Made by a program: the position numbers and the translations under genes. Below, piece after piece: positions 24,021 to 37,525 of a stretch of DNA of 64,000 nucleotides (position 1 is its first letter; every line of letters begins with the position of its first letter). The DNA is from Pseudogymnoascus verrucosus. Its lineage: Eukaryota. Below the pieces are notes generated by a model. That model was not told the origin of the DNA. It did no database searches and saw only the letters and a list, made by a program, of their open reading frames with translations. The stretch lies in assembly GCA_001662655.1 (NCBI GenBank), contig KV460223.1. One strand, given 5' to 3'.

Positions 24021-27000
24021 TCAGTTTTTACCAAGGCCAGTAGTATCCATCACCGCCTCAGCCGCCAACTTCTGCCTCTTGGAACTCTGCTCATCCTGCA
24101 AGCCCTTTCTCAGCTCAGCATAATATGAGCGTGTCCGCTTCCCGATTGGTTGTGATTTCTTCACGACCATGGCAACAACTGATGGATGAGCAATCTTTTT
24201 CTTGGTCCTAGCGGATGCCGAGACAATTTTTCGAGGAGCATTTGGCGCTTTCCATGGATCTGTCGCCAGCATGATGGAAACCTTGCAGTTGCAGATTTTG
24301 GGCTCTTCTTTCCTCCACTTCTGGATGGCAAGCTTAGCCTGTGCAGATGTCACCAGATCAACAAACACGCATCCAGCCGGCTTATTTTTTTCCTCCATGA
24401 TCCATACTTCTGGAAAGTCAATTCTCGTCCTGGTAAATACAGTCAATAAAAGATAGTATGGGCGTAACGAAGGCCGCAAATTGATCTTTTCGGATAGCCA
24501 CTTACACATTGTAGCCCAAAAACAATTTCTCTACTTCTGCCTTGGAGGGAGTAAATGAAAGGCACCCAACGAGTATTCTCCGTCGTTCCCACGTTGCAGC
24601 CTGTCGACTTGTATACACATTCGTATCTGGTATCTCTTGGGTGAAAAGATCCAAAGACGCATTCTTATATCCGACGGTTTCTTGTGGTTTATTTGCTTGC
24701 GAGGTGTTCATACCACCTACGCCGGGGAAAAAGCCTGAAGGCGTCGGGTTAAATCCCATGTCTTTGCCGAATATAGCTACATCTCCAAACGATGTCATCA
24801 CAGGCAGTCTCCCAGCAGAGCCTGTAGTTTGAGTTCCAGTAGTATTTGACGCCGCGCCAGTAGAAAAACTGTGGTCCCCGAGTGCAGGCAGGGCGCGAGG
24901 TCGACAAAATATCATTGAGTTGCATGAGGCGGAAGATTTTTGGCTGAGGGGCGAAACTTCCTTCCGCTTTCTCCAAAGGTGTATATTGTTTAGGTTTACC
25001 TCCTTTTTAGTAGTAATGGTTGATACTGAGTACCTGCTCGGAAAACCAAGTTCAGTTTGAGGAATCCCCTGCTGGGATTTTTCAGCCCTGATGATCGGTA
25101 CTGACCCATTACTTGCGGGCTTCCATGGCTTGCCAAACTCAACAACAGGCAAACCAACTGGAGTTTGTGGAATTTCCTCCTTGCGAAAGTTGGCGCTATC
25201 TGTAGTGATAACATTTGCAGCGGCGAAATTTGCAGTGTTGACTCCTGACATCTCTACATCCGGAGAAGGAGCAAATGATCTGTCAGTCATTTTGAGCTCC
25301 GATGATGGGGCTCTTCGACCAAGGACACAAGGTTCCGTCCAAGTGCGACATGATTGTATATCATTCTCATCATCAGAATTGCCAGGTGCCATAGAGTTTG
25401 GCACAGGTTCTTCAACGCTGGGCTTGACATCGTTGTTCATTTGGTCCAACACTGAATCCACTGACATTCGTACTTCATCCATGGTTCTCAGAAGCTGGTT
25501 ATCTAGCTCTGCATCGAGGATTTCCAAAATGTCATGCCTGTCAATGGATAGTTCACATATGCTATTCGCCATGTTTGCTTCCAATTCCTAAGTCATGTCA
25601 GCTATACGTCGTCCATGAAATATCAACACAAACCAGAACATAAGCGGAATACTGACAAGTTGTCTGCTTGGGCTATCGATATCAAGTTCGGTGGCACAGT
25701 GACCGTTCGCAACACTCAATGCTCGTGGTGTAGCTCCGTGTAAGCTCGACCCAACAGTGCGCTCTATACCACCCCAGGAGCTGCCATCTCCTTTATGGTT
25801 TATAGGAGTTGATCGGATTCCAAGAGTTAATTGGCTTCTAGGAGTTGATTGGATTCCTCGAGTTGATTGAATTACAGGAGTTAATTGAACTGCAGGAGTT
25901 GATTGGACCCCCACAAAGTTGGCTGTGGGGTGAATACTCGACAACAAATCGCCGGCATGATCTTCTTTGAAAACGACTTTCTGCTCTTTGGATCCCGACC
26001 TTACATCTCGTGTCCATTTCTTCTCCATTTTGCGGCTGCCCAACGTGGCCTCTTCGAAGTCAGATTTGGATATGAATTGAAAATCTTCGTCTTCTCTTCT
26101 TTGGGTTCTCTCGGACTTTCCATCTGTAGCTGGGTTGGAGTTCTTTGCAGTAGGTCGAGACTGTTGAGCAGAATCTTTGGCGGGCGCGATACGAGCAACT
26201 TCTTCGCCAGTATGGATCACTTGGTTAATAAACTTTATCATGGAGCTTTGGAGCATATTATCATAAAGCGCGGAGTCTTTATCAAACACTGTAATGGCAT
26301 GATCCTCCTCGTCGTATAATTCATCCAGTTTCCTAAACACAGGCTCTTTCCTTCGATCGATGTCATCACGAGACTTGCGGTACTGAACGGTGGCTCGGGT
26401 TCTGTTGCCATCACGCACATTAAGTTCATCAATTAAACGACTTCGAATGTCTTCAATCTTGGTGCGCCTTGTTTGGTCCCGAAGCATCCTGGTCAATTGT
26501 ATTGATGATATGAGCAACTTCAGGAGATCCTGAACATGCAACTGACTCCGATGCACAGCGTTGTTGCGGAGCTGAGTGGCTTCCTGAAGCAAGACCCGTA
26601 ATGGGGTCTGAACATGCCCATCCAAGGCATCTGCAGGAATCCGTGCAGCCCCAAGGAGGTCTCGCCACTTGGAGATTTCAACCTGGGCCGGAGTTGTCCA
26701 CTCCCGGACTCTGGGATCAGAGGCAAACCATGTCTTCGCGAAATCAAAGCAGCTCTCTTCCAGCAATCGTTGGACAGTGTTGAGCAGAATGTGCTGTGCT
26801 TCATACGGCAGGCATTTCGGGGCACTCAACGAAACCGACCGGCTTCGACGAGGCATCTCGAAAAGAAACGTGGGGGTGGAAAACAATGCGAGAACGTGAA
26901 CTTGCTGACCTAGAATATTGTTAGTTATGTAGAATCAAGATGAAAAGATGCAGAGATGTAAAGTATACTTGATGGGGGGATGAGTGGGTTATAACACCTT

Positions 27001-27328
27001 GATGAAGTGCGGATTCGGGAGGCAGAGGCAAGGCGCAAGGCAAACTGGTTGTCCTGGAATATTGTTAGCTGTGCGAAATCAAGGTGAAACTACAGGTGAA
27101 TTCACTCACCAAAACTTGAACCTCACAGTCCCTTGGCAAATCCGAACTTCCGTATAACAGAAACTCGGAGTCCGTTGACGATGCTGAACTTTCGTAAACC
27201 AGAAAACCGGATGTGCGGACGTGAACTGACTCGTCTGAAGGGCTGTCAGTTGTGTAGGCTGGAGGCAACTATGCTCAGTACTATTTGCACTTGAGATAGA
27301 AGATATCCCAAGGTAGTTGTACCTTCAT
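24021..27328 (-). CDS. Multi-exon protein: putative HEPN-like helical domain (RNNAVH), coiled coil, disordered linker, C-terminal RRM
   Basis: ORFs 25588-26886, 24502-25584 and 24021-24509 join in frame through GTCAGT..CTGAC..TAG and GTAAGT..TTGAC..CAG introns. RRM RNP2 RILVGCLS and RNP1 GCVFVDL. The 5' exons (27328-26910) splice in frame but are less certain. Confidence 0.65.
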
Positions 27329-27435
27329 AGAATGATAAAGAAAAGGAATAGACTCACAGAAATATGATGTTGTAACGTGAAGTTAAAGAGAGTTCTGACT
27401 TTGCCAACGAAGTCAGTTGTGTGTTTCGTGGGGTG

Positions 27436-27582
27436 TGGTGTGGTGTGGTGGGTGTTGAAGGAAGGAAGGAAGGAAGGAAGGAAGAAAGGAAGGAGGGAAG
27501 TAATAGAAGGAGAGAAGGAAGTAAGAGGGATAAAGTAAGTGGAGGAAGGAAGTAAGAGGAAGTAAGAGGAGGAAGTAGCGAG
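27436..27582. repeat. GTGTG and GAAG microsatellite / purine-rich tract
   Basis: (GGTGT)n followed by (GAAG)n and GGAAGTAAGA units. Confidence 0.75.
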
Positions 27583-28677
27583 GGGTATTGTTTACTTACA
27601 AAATCGTACCAAGTATATGCCCGCCAAACAAACCAAATATAGAGGAAGGAGGAAAGGGAACACAAGCTTGAATAATACTCTAGCTTCTCAACTCGGGTGG
27701 TGCGTGATCAGGAAATGGTAGAATATACCGAGACAGCCCAGATTGTGAATCAGAAAACCAGATAATCTCGTGCTTGTGCCTGCCTTGTCTCCGTAAAAAA
27801 TGATGGGGCAGCTTCCATGCCAGAGACTTCAAGAAAAGGGGGGGGACTCCCAGTCACTGAGTTGAGTTTGAAGTGGGCATAAGAAAAGCATTCATTAAAA
27901 AAGCACATATAACAAAGCGGTACAGCGTCCACGTTATAATTGTGGGAGACAAAACATGCAGTATAATCAGCACTTTAAAACCACAAGACCAGATGGGAGT
28001 ATAGCTGTGTTAAAAGGGCCCATGGTAAAGAACTTCAGGGGAAACATGGTGAGACTAGACCACAAAATGAGAAAAGTAGAAATATGACATTTTGTTTTCA
28101 ATCTCAAAGCCATAAAAGACCCCACAATATTGCAACTGCAGCTGTCTTGTAAAGCACCGACAGATACCCAAGATCAGAAGATCATAACTCCCTGTAAAAT
28201 GCACACTCAAGTTCTGAGAGAAGTGCCACGATGTGATAGAAGCTCGCTACAAGTAGGTCGTCCCCGGGTGACTTGCACCACACCTTCCAAACCTAATATC
28301 CCTAACATAATACAGTAGTAATTCTTTCCATAACCTCAAAGTCACCAAATGGATCATGAATACTGGCAGGCGACTCGTTCCTGCTGTGTTTGAAAGTCAG
28401 TGATATTGATATTGATGTGAGATTGATGCCTGGGCGCCTGGGCGATAACAGGCCACTAGTGAGTGGGAAGACCCATGCTAGTCGCACGACCCCTCTGTGT
28501 GCTTATCCACAAGGCTACAACTCCAAACTCTAAGCTCCAAACTCCGAACTACAACCACCAAACTCCACTCCAACCTCTGCCAAAATATTTCTGCTTTGGA
28601 CTACATCACACCCTTCTTCGTTACTTTCCATCTCGTCTTGCGGCGCTTTGTCGTACGCCTCTCTGCCCTACGTCGAA

Positions 28678-30007
28678 ATGGCCCCAACACAGCCAAACGC
28701 CTTCCTCTCCACCCAGAAGTCAGATTCCGGCCTTGAGGTTGCCCTCCACCCTCTGGTCCTCCTGACGATCTCCGATTACATTACGAGGCATACCCTTCGC
28801 AACCAAACCGGGCCCATCATTGGGGCTTTGTTGGGTCAGCAGAATGGCAGAGAGGTCACTGTCGAGCATGCGTTCGAATGCAAAGTCCAGGGCGGCTCTA
28901 TAGACCCTGAATGGTTCACGACCCGCTTGCAACAGAGTACGTGTTTTCATCGCGCCCTTATTTCTCTCACCAAGCTATTTCTAACGATTGGTAGTGAAGG
29001 ATGTCCATAAGAACCCCCCGCTCGACTTTGTCGGCTGGTACACCCTCATTGCCTCGTCTGGGCCCACAGACTACCACCTTGCGATCCAAGAGACACTATC
29101 GAACCTAAATGGTCCCGAAACCCCATGCATCCTCCTTGGCTTCCTCCCCAGCGAATCATTATCCAAATCCTCCAACGAAGCCCTTCCAATTACAATCTAT
29201 GAGTCTATAGCCAAGCCCGCCGACACCAGGGCTGCTGGTCAGGATGTCGAAATGGAACAGAGCGACTCCTCACCCAAGACCGTTTTCGCCGAGCTACCAT
29301 ACGTTATCGAAACAGGTGAGGCTGAAAGAATAGCCATCGACTTTGTCGCCAGGGGTGGAGGAAATGCCACGGCTGTCTCATCATCGACCCAGAAGCAAAC
29401 AAACGCATCCGAGGAGAGCAACAAGGGCAAGAAGCGAGCGTCAGATGATACGGCGAAGGATATAGATGTCAACGATATCCTGTCCAATGAAGAGACAGAG
29501 CTGATTACAGCTTTGACTGCAAAGGCAAATGCAGTCCGGATGCTGCAGTCAAGGATCAAGATTATTCAGAAGTACCTGGAATTACAACCTCCGACAGACG
29601 CAACAGGCCAGCCGTCCGCACCTGCACAAACCTCCCACCTCGAGCCATCCCCTGAGATTCTCCGCAGCATTGCAGCGTTAATATCCCGCCTCCCTCTCGT
29701 CGTGCCTTCATCGTCAAAAGACACGGAGACCGACACCTCGAAATTCGACCACGACCTTCTCGCCTCACGCAACGACGTAAACCTCGTCAGCTTGCTAGAC
29801 ACGCTTACGCAAAGCATTCAAGGCACGCGTGAGCTTGGACGCAAGTTCGGAGTGGTGGATGCAGCGAGGAATAGGACCAAGTTCCAAGAGAAGGTAGATA
29901 GACAACTTTCGATGCAAATGCCAGACAAGGTGTATAGCCAGGGAATGATGGGGATGATGCAGGCAGGAGTGCCCATGAGGATGGATGAGGAGTATTATGA
30001 TGCTTGA
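28678..30007 (+). CDS. CSN6: COP9 signalosome subunit 6 (MPN domain)
   Basis: VALHPLVLLTISDYITR, GALLGQQNGREVTVEHAFE, DFVGWY, ETGEAERIAIDFVA, NDVNLVSLL. One intron at ~28938-28993. Confidence 0.9.
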
Positions 30008-30556
30008 GGAGTTACGAAGAAAAGGGGGCAAATCGAAATATGGGTGCCTTAGCAAGCGATGGAGTTATATAGGGCTGCTGCATATTTACGGTATTCATTC
30101 TAGAAATGCGTGCGTGAGATCCGCATGTTGGAGATCTATAGATGATACAGTGTGTTTTCTGTGCCTGTTTGGCGATACGTTGCGCTATGAATAGTGATAT
30201 TTATTGCTAGCTGCAAGCGCATGCAAATAACTCCGCTGTAATGTCACCTACATAAGCTCTGCATCATCATATTAGTCAAAATCCTTAAGAAATGCTAAAT
30301 GCAAACTACATTTCGTCCAAGTTCCTGGGCTCTCATGGCGATGCGATTGTAAAGTGTATATACGTCCCAAAGTGGAAGGCGGTGAGACGGCGCCAGGCGT
30401 TGAACCAACCGTCGCATCCATCCACGGCTGCAGTTTGCGACAGACGCGCTTATAATCGAAGACGCGCCTCCAGCAAGTAGCACCTCCTAATTCCAGCCAA
30501 TCCATCTACCAGCGAGCTGAATCGAGCGAGCGCACAGCTCGACAAAGTCCACAAAC

Positions 30557-33093
30557 ATGCCGCCCGTAAGTTCCCCCCCACTATCTCGCGCCAACCAACC
30601 GTCGAATACTGACAATTTGTAGTTCAAGGATGAGCATATCCTGGTACGTGCGGATTTCGCCCCTCTCCCCCCCCGCGACAATGAATCGCGAAGCTCGAGC
30701 AAGGGATTGGAGGGTTTGATGAGGGATGTTGGAACTGATTAGATGACAGATTATTGCCCCGGGTAGCTTGACGACGCTGGCCCAGTTGGGATTACCGGAG
30801 AGCTTCACGCCGGCGAGCACGAAGGTGCGGACGCGCATGTTCCCTGCTGGGGAGGGGAAGTGGGAACCGTATAAGATCAATGAGGTGAAGAAGGCGAGTC
30901 CGCCGGCGGCGAATGGGGGAGAGGTTACGATGGGTGGGACGGACGAGGAGGAGAAGAAGGAGGATAATGAGGCTGAGCCCGAGTTTGAGGAGGATTTGGA
31001 GTCCGATGAGGGGGCGGTATACCCTTTGACTGGTATGTGGTATGCAATGCTGTGTGAGTGGAATGGGTGCTGACTATGACATTTCAGAGGGCAGAATTAC
31101 GAACATGCCAGCGTTTTTAGCCTTGATGAACCACATCCACAGCGTCCTATCGCCTACACTTCACACCCCGATACTCCTGATCGCACAGCCAGCATGGACA
31201 GCACAAGATATCGAAGCGCTGACGCAATTCTTCTTTGAGAAGTTCAAGACCCCCGCCTTCTGCATCATGGATTCCGCGCTCGCAATCTCGTACGCATACG
31301 GCGTCCAGAACGGCACGGTCATTGATGTCGGATTCCAGAAGACGGACATCACAACTATCCACGATTTCTCGGTGCAGCATGTTGGTCGCGCCATCAGCGT
31401 GCCGGGCACGGGAGGCGACGCTATGACAGAGCGGTTGTTGGAGCTATTGGGGCCGAAGGGCTGGACGAGGGATATGTGCGAGCAGTTGAAGAAGAGCCCG
31501 TTCTGCGAGATCTTACCTGCTGGTGCGCCATTACCCGGTGCGGATGGCGCGGAGGATCAAGGAGCCAATGGCAATGGGGCTGCGGCAGGTGAGGCAGCGG
31601 CAAGTTCAACAGATGCAGCGCACGCAGATGTCGACGAGGATGATGTGGAGAAGGGCATTGATGAAGAGGGTGTTCTGGACGTTGCGAGCATTGTTGCTAG
31701 CGGCAAGACGCAGGAGTTCTTGGCGCAGCAGGAGCGCAAGAAGCAAATGGCGGCATCGAGGAAAGCAGCAAAGGACGCGAGAGACGCGGCGGAAGTTGCA
31801 GGTGCTAAGCCCATTCGACTCCCTAACTCGAAGCGTGAGAAGGTTATTTTCCACTACCAGGAGCGCAAGGCACAGGGTGAGATTGATGAAGCCCTCGAGA
31901 ATGGCAATAAGGCGGCTGCTGCAGATGTGGAAATGACAGAGGCAGTTAAGGAAAAGACGCCTGAGGTAGCTGCAGCTGAACCAGCCACCAAGGAAGCAGA
32001 ACCAGCGGCGCCTGCCCCAGAAGCCAGCGGTGAGGCCAAACCCGCTGAATCTGCGCCCGCCCCAGAAGCCACAGGTGAGGCCAAACCTGCTGAAGCCGAG
32101 CCTGCGCCAGCAGCCGATGGCGAGACCAAACCCGCCGAAGCCGCACCTGCTGCAGAAGCCGAAGGCGAGGCCAAGCCTGCCGAGGCAGCGCTTGCCACTG
32201 AAGCCAACGGAGAGGCCAAACCCGCCGAGGCCGCCCCAACCGCCCCTGACGCCTCCGTCACAGTCGAAGACGCCTCCGCAAAGCGCGAGCAAGTACGCGC
32301 CGCCAAGCGTGAAGAGAAGCGCAAAGCCCGCGAAGGCGCCGGCGACCCCATGCAATGGCGCCGCGAGATCGAGGTAGGCACCGAGCGCTTCCAGGCCGCG
32401 AGCAACGGGCTACTCGACCGAATTGCGGATGCCGTGCACCGCACTGTGTTGGCTGGGACGGAGCCTAGCAAGCGTGGCGATTTGTGGGATTCGTTGATTA
32501 TTGTGGGCAATGGCAGCCGGGTTAGGGGGTTCAAGGATGCGCTGCTCGCTACGTTGATGAAGAAGTACCTTATTTCCCCGAGCTCGGCGTCGATTTTTAC
32601 GTCGGAGTTGCCGTCGAATTTGTCGACGCCTATGGGGACTGGTGCGCAGACTCCTCAGAGGGATTACCCTGCTGGACAGCACGCGTTGCCTACGGGGAGC
32701 GGCGTTAACCCGCTACTGCTCGCAGCGACAACAGCTAGCAATCCAACGCTGAACCCGAACGTATCGGTCGCGAACTCGTTTGGCGGCGGCGGTAGTCACA
32801 GCCACAGCAGTCATGGGCAAACACCTACGAGTATGAAGATTGCGAAGGTGCCCGAGTATTTCCCTGAATTCAAGGTATGTCCCTCTCTCCTTGTCAGCCT
32901 TGGCAAAAAAAAAGCAATGAGCTAACTTGGGAAATAGAATGAGGGCTTCGAAGAATGCGTGTTCCTCGGCGCGCAGGTGGCTGCTAAGGTCATCTTTGTC
33001 CAGGATCAGGGCGTGAGCAATGGGTTTATGAGTCGTGTGCAGTATAACGAGAATGGGCCCAGTGGGATACACGATGTGGGTTTGACGTTCTAA
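30557..33093 (+). CDS. ARP9: Actin-related protein Arp9 (SWI/SNF-RSC subunit)
   Basis: MPP|FKDEHIL|IIAPGSLTTLAQLGLPESFTPA; FFFEKFKTPAF; IEVGTERF; LWDSLIIVGNGS; KVPEYFPEFK; FLGAQVAAKVIF. Ala/Glu/Pro-rich GEAKPAE repeat insert at ~31960-32250. Confidence 0.88.
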
Positions 33094-33446
33094 AGTAGCC
33101 ATTACTATGGGGGGTAAGTAGCAGGCGTTGTCATTCCGCCGGTGGTATGGTTATCGGCATGGAGTTTTGGGGTGTTTGGATGGATTGTGGAAGTTAGAAA
33201 GATGGAGGTCTACGGATGAGATGAATGTATGTAGAAATAGTATCCCCAAAAGTAAACAACTTCCAAGGCAAGCTTCTCATGGGTGATTGATATGAGCTTC
33301 TTCTATCTGGGTACCCAATAATGTAATTCGTTGTATTTTTTTGGAAAGGGCTTTGGCATGGCGGCATAGTCTTAGAAATATTTTATTTCAATACATGGTA
33401 CGGATGCTAAATACATACAGGGGCATCTATACCCTCTTTATCAAAT

Positions 33447-34369
33447 CTATAGCGCACCAAGCTCCTTCAGCTTCGAGATCATGCCATCAACATCCTCAAC
33501 CTTTCCACCTCCTTGCCTCGTCGGGGGTTCTATAAAACGTTAGCAAAATGGCTCTATACTAGCATCCCAGGAAAACTCACCAACAACTTTGAGGGTCTTC
33601 AACCTCCTGGTGGTATCAAGTCCATAATCCTCCAGCTTCTTCTTCTCAAGAGGCTTCTTCTTCGCCTTCATGATATTGGGCAAGCTAGCGTATCTCGGCT
33701 CATTAAGTCTCAAATCCGTCGTGATAATCAGCGGCAACTTCGCCCTAACCGTCTCCGCACCCCCATCCACCTCCCTCGTAACCTTCACAAAGTCATCCGC
33801 CTCGAACTCCACCTTGCTCGCCTGCGTCGCCTGGCTCCAGCCCAGGAGACCCGCAAGCATCTGTCCCGTCTGGTTGGAATCGTCGTCAATGCTCTGTTTG
33901 CCCAAGAACACCAGGTTCCTGTTCTCGTCCTTGACGACCTTGGCAAGCAGCTTCGCGACGGTGAGGGGTTCAAGATCATCCCCCTCCTTAACCTCGACGT
34001 GGAATGAGCGGTCGGCGCCCATGGCCATGGCGGTGCGGAGAATGTCAGATGCCTTCGTTGGGCCGGCGGAGAAGGCGAGGATGTCCTCGACGCCCCCGGG
34101 CGCGGACTTCTTTTCGCGGATCCGGACCGACTCTTCTATGGAGAGCTCATCGAAGGGGTTCATGGAGTGCTTGACTCCGGTGGTTTCGACAGCTGTCTGC
34201 GTCTTGTTGACGCGGGGCTTGACCTGTGAAGTAAAGTCCGTTAGCTATGATCGCATTGTGAGGCCCGCCGAGGTCATGCGCCGTCGCTCCCACGACGAGC
34301 TGCCATTGGGAAGCTTACAGCAAAGTCAATCACCCGCTTGACGGGCACGAGAATCCGTAATGCCGACAT
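33447..34369 (-). CDS. CIR1: Electron transfer flavoprotein beta subunit
   Basis: MSALRILVPVKRVIDFA|VKPR..., MNPFDELSIEE, GKQSIDDDSNQTGQMLAGLL, DLRLNEPRYASLPNIMKAKKKPL. Two introns. Confidence 0.95.
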
Positions 34370-34687
34370 TTTGGGGTTTCTGATGTGGTGAGATCCTTCA
34401 ATTGCTCGTGAGGGCGGTATACCTTGGAAGGGATCTTGGTAAATCTTGGGCCGCCGAAGCTCGGTTCGCTCGGTTCTCTTCCCCCACGTTATGCGGCGAT
34501 AGCCGGGACGAGCATTTGGAGTATCGGTGCTATCATCACGTGCGGGCTCTATCGAAAACGTCCCGAATAGGAAATTCAATGTCCCTTCTCTCCAACGTCA
34601 CGCCTAACTCGACTTCAGCGCTGCTCAGAGTCTATTGTTTTTGTTTGTTTGTCTCCCTACTGCTTCAGCTTTAGGTTTGGAGGAGCG

Positions 34688-35648
34688 ATGGCGCATCTTA
34701 CGAATCCTCTTGTGACCCCTGAGCAGCTCGTGTCATCCACGCGTATCAATGATGCGCTTCCTCGATCTGCTCAGGACCTAATCCGCTTCTCCACTGCTAG
34801 ACTCACACAAGCAGCTGGCATCCTTCTCCGGCTTCCACAGAGTGTCAGTGCCCAGGCGGTTGTGGTACTTTACAGATATTGGGCGATTGAAGAATTGACA
34901 CGCGATGAATTTAAGGTAGCATATCCCACTGAATCGAGAGGCGGTATAGATACTAACAATCATGCAGGATATCTCAGCAGCTGTGGTTTATTTAACAGCC
35001 AAAGTTTCAGCGCACCCGCGCTCTCTTCGGTCTATTGCAAACGTCTACACCTACCTCTACTCCTCCTCCTCGGCTTTAGCGTCAGTCCAGTCGCCGGATT
35101 CAAAGAGCCCGCCTGACCCAGCGACTTATTATTTAAGTCCTAGCTCATACACGAGTTTTACGAACCGCATTTTACTACTGGAAGGTCACGTTTTGAACGC
35201 TCTAGGTTTCGGCGTGCACGTGGCCCTACCTCACCCCCTGGCGATCACCTACCTCCAGACGATGGACATCTTCTCCGCCGCATACTCGAAATCTACAGGT
35301 CCCAAGCTCGCGCGCCGCGCTATAGCTCTCTTAAATACGGCACTACTGTCTCCTCAGATGCTGTATCTCACACATCAACCAAATGCACTGGCAGTTGCAG
35401 CAATCTACTTAGCCGCAAGAGAGGAAGGTGTGAATTTGCCAAGTGTGGAATGGTGGGAGGTCTTCGACGTCGAACGCGAAGAGCTGGGCTTTCTCGTCGT
35501 CGCTTTTCTGAGCCTCCAGGGCTGGTGCGCAGAGATGGGTAAGGAAGCTATAGGGGCGATAAGGAAAGTGGACATTGCGAAGTTGGCTGGGAGAGAGGTC
35601 GATGAGGAAGCGGAGATGGCGATGATGCTGGACGAGAAACCTGTTTGA
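34688..35648 (+). CDS. Cyclin L-like transcriptional cyclin
   Basis: LTQAAGILLRLPQSVSAQAVVVLYRYW; VYLTAK; EGHVLNALGFGVHVALPH; PNALAVAAIYLAAR; WWEVFDV. One intron at ~34916-34967. Confidence 0.82.
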
Positions 35649-37525
35649 TGCCTGGCTTAATGACCATGGATATGGAAATTAGGTCTATCTCATGATGGTG
35701 CCGTGGCTACGAGTTGGTCTTATGGGTTCGTGCGGGAGGATCCCAATACGACGATCACATGTCAGTTGGCACACTTAGGCTGGATGCTCTCTACAAGGAA
35801 GGTCACTTTGGGGGGTTGAGGCATCGATGAAAGGCCAAAAGAATCGAATCAGAAACGAACTTGCACCCCACATCAGCTCTCATCATATACAGCTCGTGTG
35901 CTGCAAATGATACGTTGCGTAGAGGTTATCTTCAAGGAATAGGTGAAGATGCAGACGGTTGCTTCATACGATCGCTCCACAGACGGGGAGGCTACACCGC
36001 AGGGAAACCGTCTAAAAAGCGACGTGCATGATGCTCTCTGAAGAATATATTACACGGTTCCAACTCGGCGGCTTGGCCAATTCAGTATTTTCGCGTACAA
36101 AATCACTTCGCAGGCACAGAGGGGAACGAGTTCGGATGTGAATCAGACGTCAATGTGAATTTGATCCTTCGTTCATCCTTCGAATCTTATGTTCTGTGAA
36201 GGTGTAACCGAGTTAGGCAGGGATCGGTATCGCGGCCGGGAAAACACCGATGCTAACTGGCCATCCGTGACCCTTGCTGTTTCTATTTTGAGATCTTCGG
36301 ATGTCCCTGGATTGTTGCGCCTCGAACCTTAATTTCGATTTGCTGTGGTTGGGTTTCCGAATAGAACACAAATCAGACACCAAACTAAGCAAATCGCTTG
36401 TTGTTATTTGGTGGGGGCGGCCGGGTTTCAATCTCATACTTTCTATTCTACATAGCCACATCCTTCAGCTGTCGAATGGAAAACATAGCAACTAAAATAG
36501 GTATACTTTCGCTTGCGCAGATCCAGATTCAGTGTCACAAGCTTGTTGGTCTTGGAAGAATGCTCCATCTACCGTTTCTCGGTTGAGGAACTCAAGATTG
36601 CAAGAGTGCCGAACGGATGCTCCCGTTTTCCCCCGCTTTACCCGCTATTACTATCAGTCTAGTACGATGCTATTCTCGTAATATGCGAAGCTGGCTGCTC
36701 CCAAATTCTCAGGCAGATTGCAGGAGACGAGGCATTAATATGAGGGCATCCCGGCTGTACTGGACCTCGCATACTGTGTTCAAAGAAAAACAGATACAGT
36801 ACAACAGACTCGTCCCACAAGGCGAGGCACAAGCAATTCCGATCCACTTGTTTGTGAAGGAGCATCAAAATCCACGTGATTCTCACCAAGAAGAAACATC
36901 CTTGGCAATACAGGGCCATGAGGTCCAACGCCATTGGCCACAACCACAAGGGCTGACAGTAAGTGTGGCGCTGCAAAACTTCAAGTGATCCCTGAACTCA
37001 TCAGTCTGGAGCAGGGATCATCCACACTGAAATCTAAATTAAGGTCGAAATTATCGCTGACACTCGCACTTCGGAAACGGCCCCGTACCAAGAGATTCGA
37101 CGTTGGCCCTAGGGTCAAGGCAACTATCTCCAGTGATTACTGAGTATGGGTGCGCCAAACTCGTTCCAAGAGGGACCTTGAACATATCTAATAGCGGACC
37201 TGTTAAGTCGCGTCCAGCGCCCTTGTGCCGATGCGTTTTGAGTTAAATTTGTTTGGAGGATTTGCAAGATGTGGATGCTGCAGGGGACGAATCTGACATG
37301 GATGCAATCCTCATTTCAGATGCAACAATGCTTGGTCTCCGCCGCGCCCGCGCTTCGATACCCTAGTCCTCCTCTGGCATCTGTCGAATCCGGGGCAGGG
37401 GCCTGCGATCCTTCGGGCGTAAATCCTCTGTGCGGCATATCGCTATAAGAGAAGGGGTATCCTGCTTATCCCGACGGATCATCCTCTGAAATCAACCTCC
37501 AACGAAAACAGACTTTGTCAACAAG

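Noticed and set aside
30644..30749. Possible intronic C/D snoRNA in ARP9 intron 2 (TGATGA...CTGA)
   Set aside because: The boxes are too close together, the CTGA coincides with the branch site, and there is no terminal stem or recognisable guide.
31606..32534. Gly/Ala-rich antisense ORFs (249 aa and 226 aa)
   Set aside because: They are shadows of the GEAKPAE repeat region of ARP9.
35700..37450. Possible gene or pseudogene between cyclin L and the Con-13-like gene
   Set aside because: Only short ORFs without recognisable motifs or a consistent splice model.
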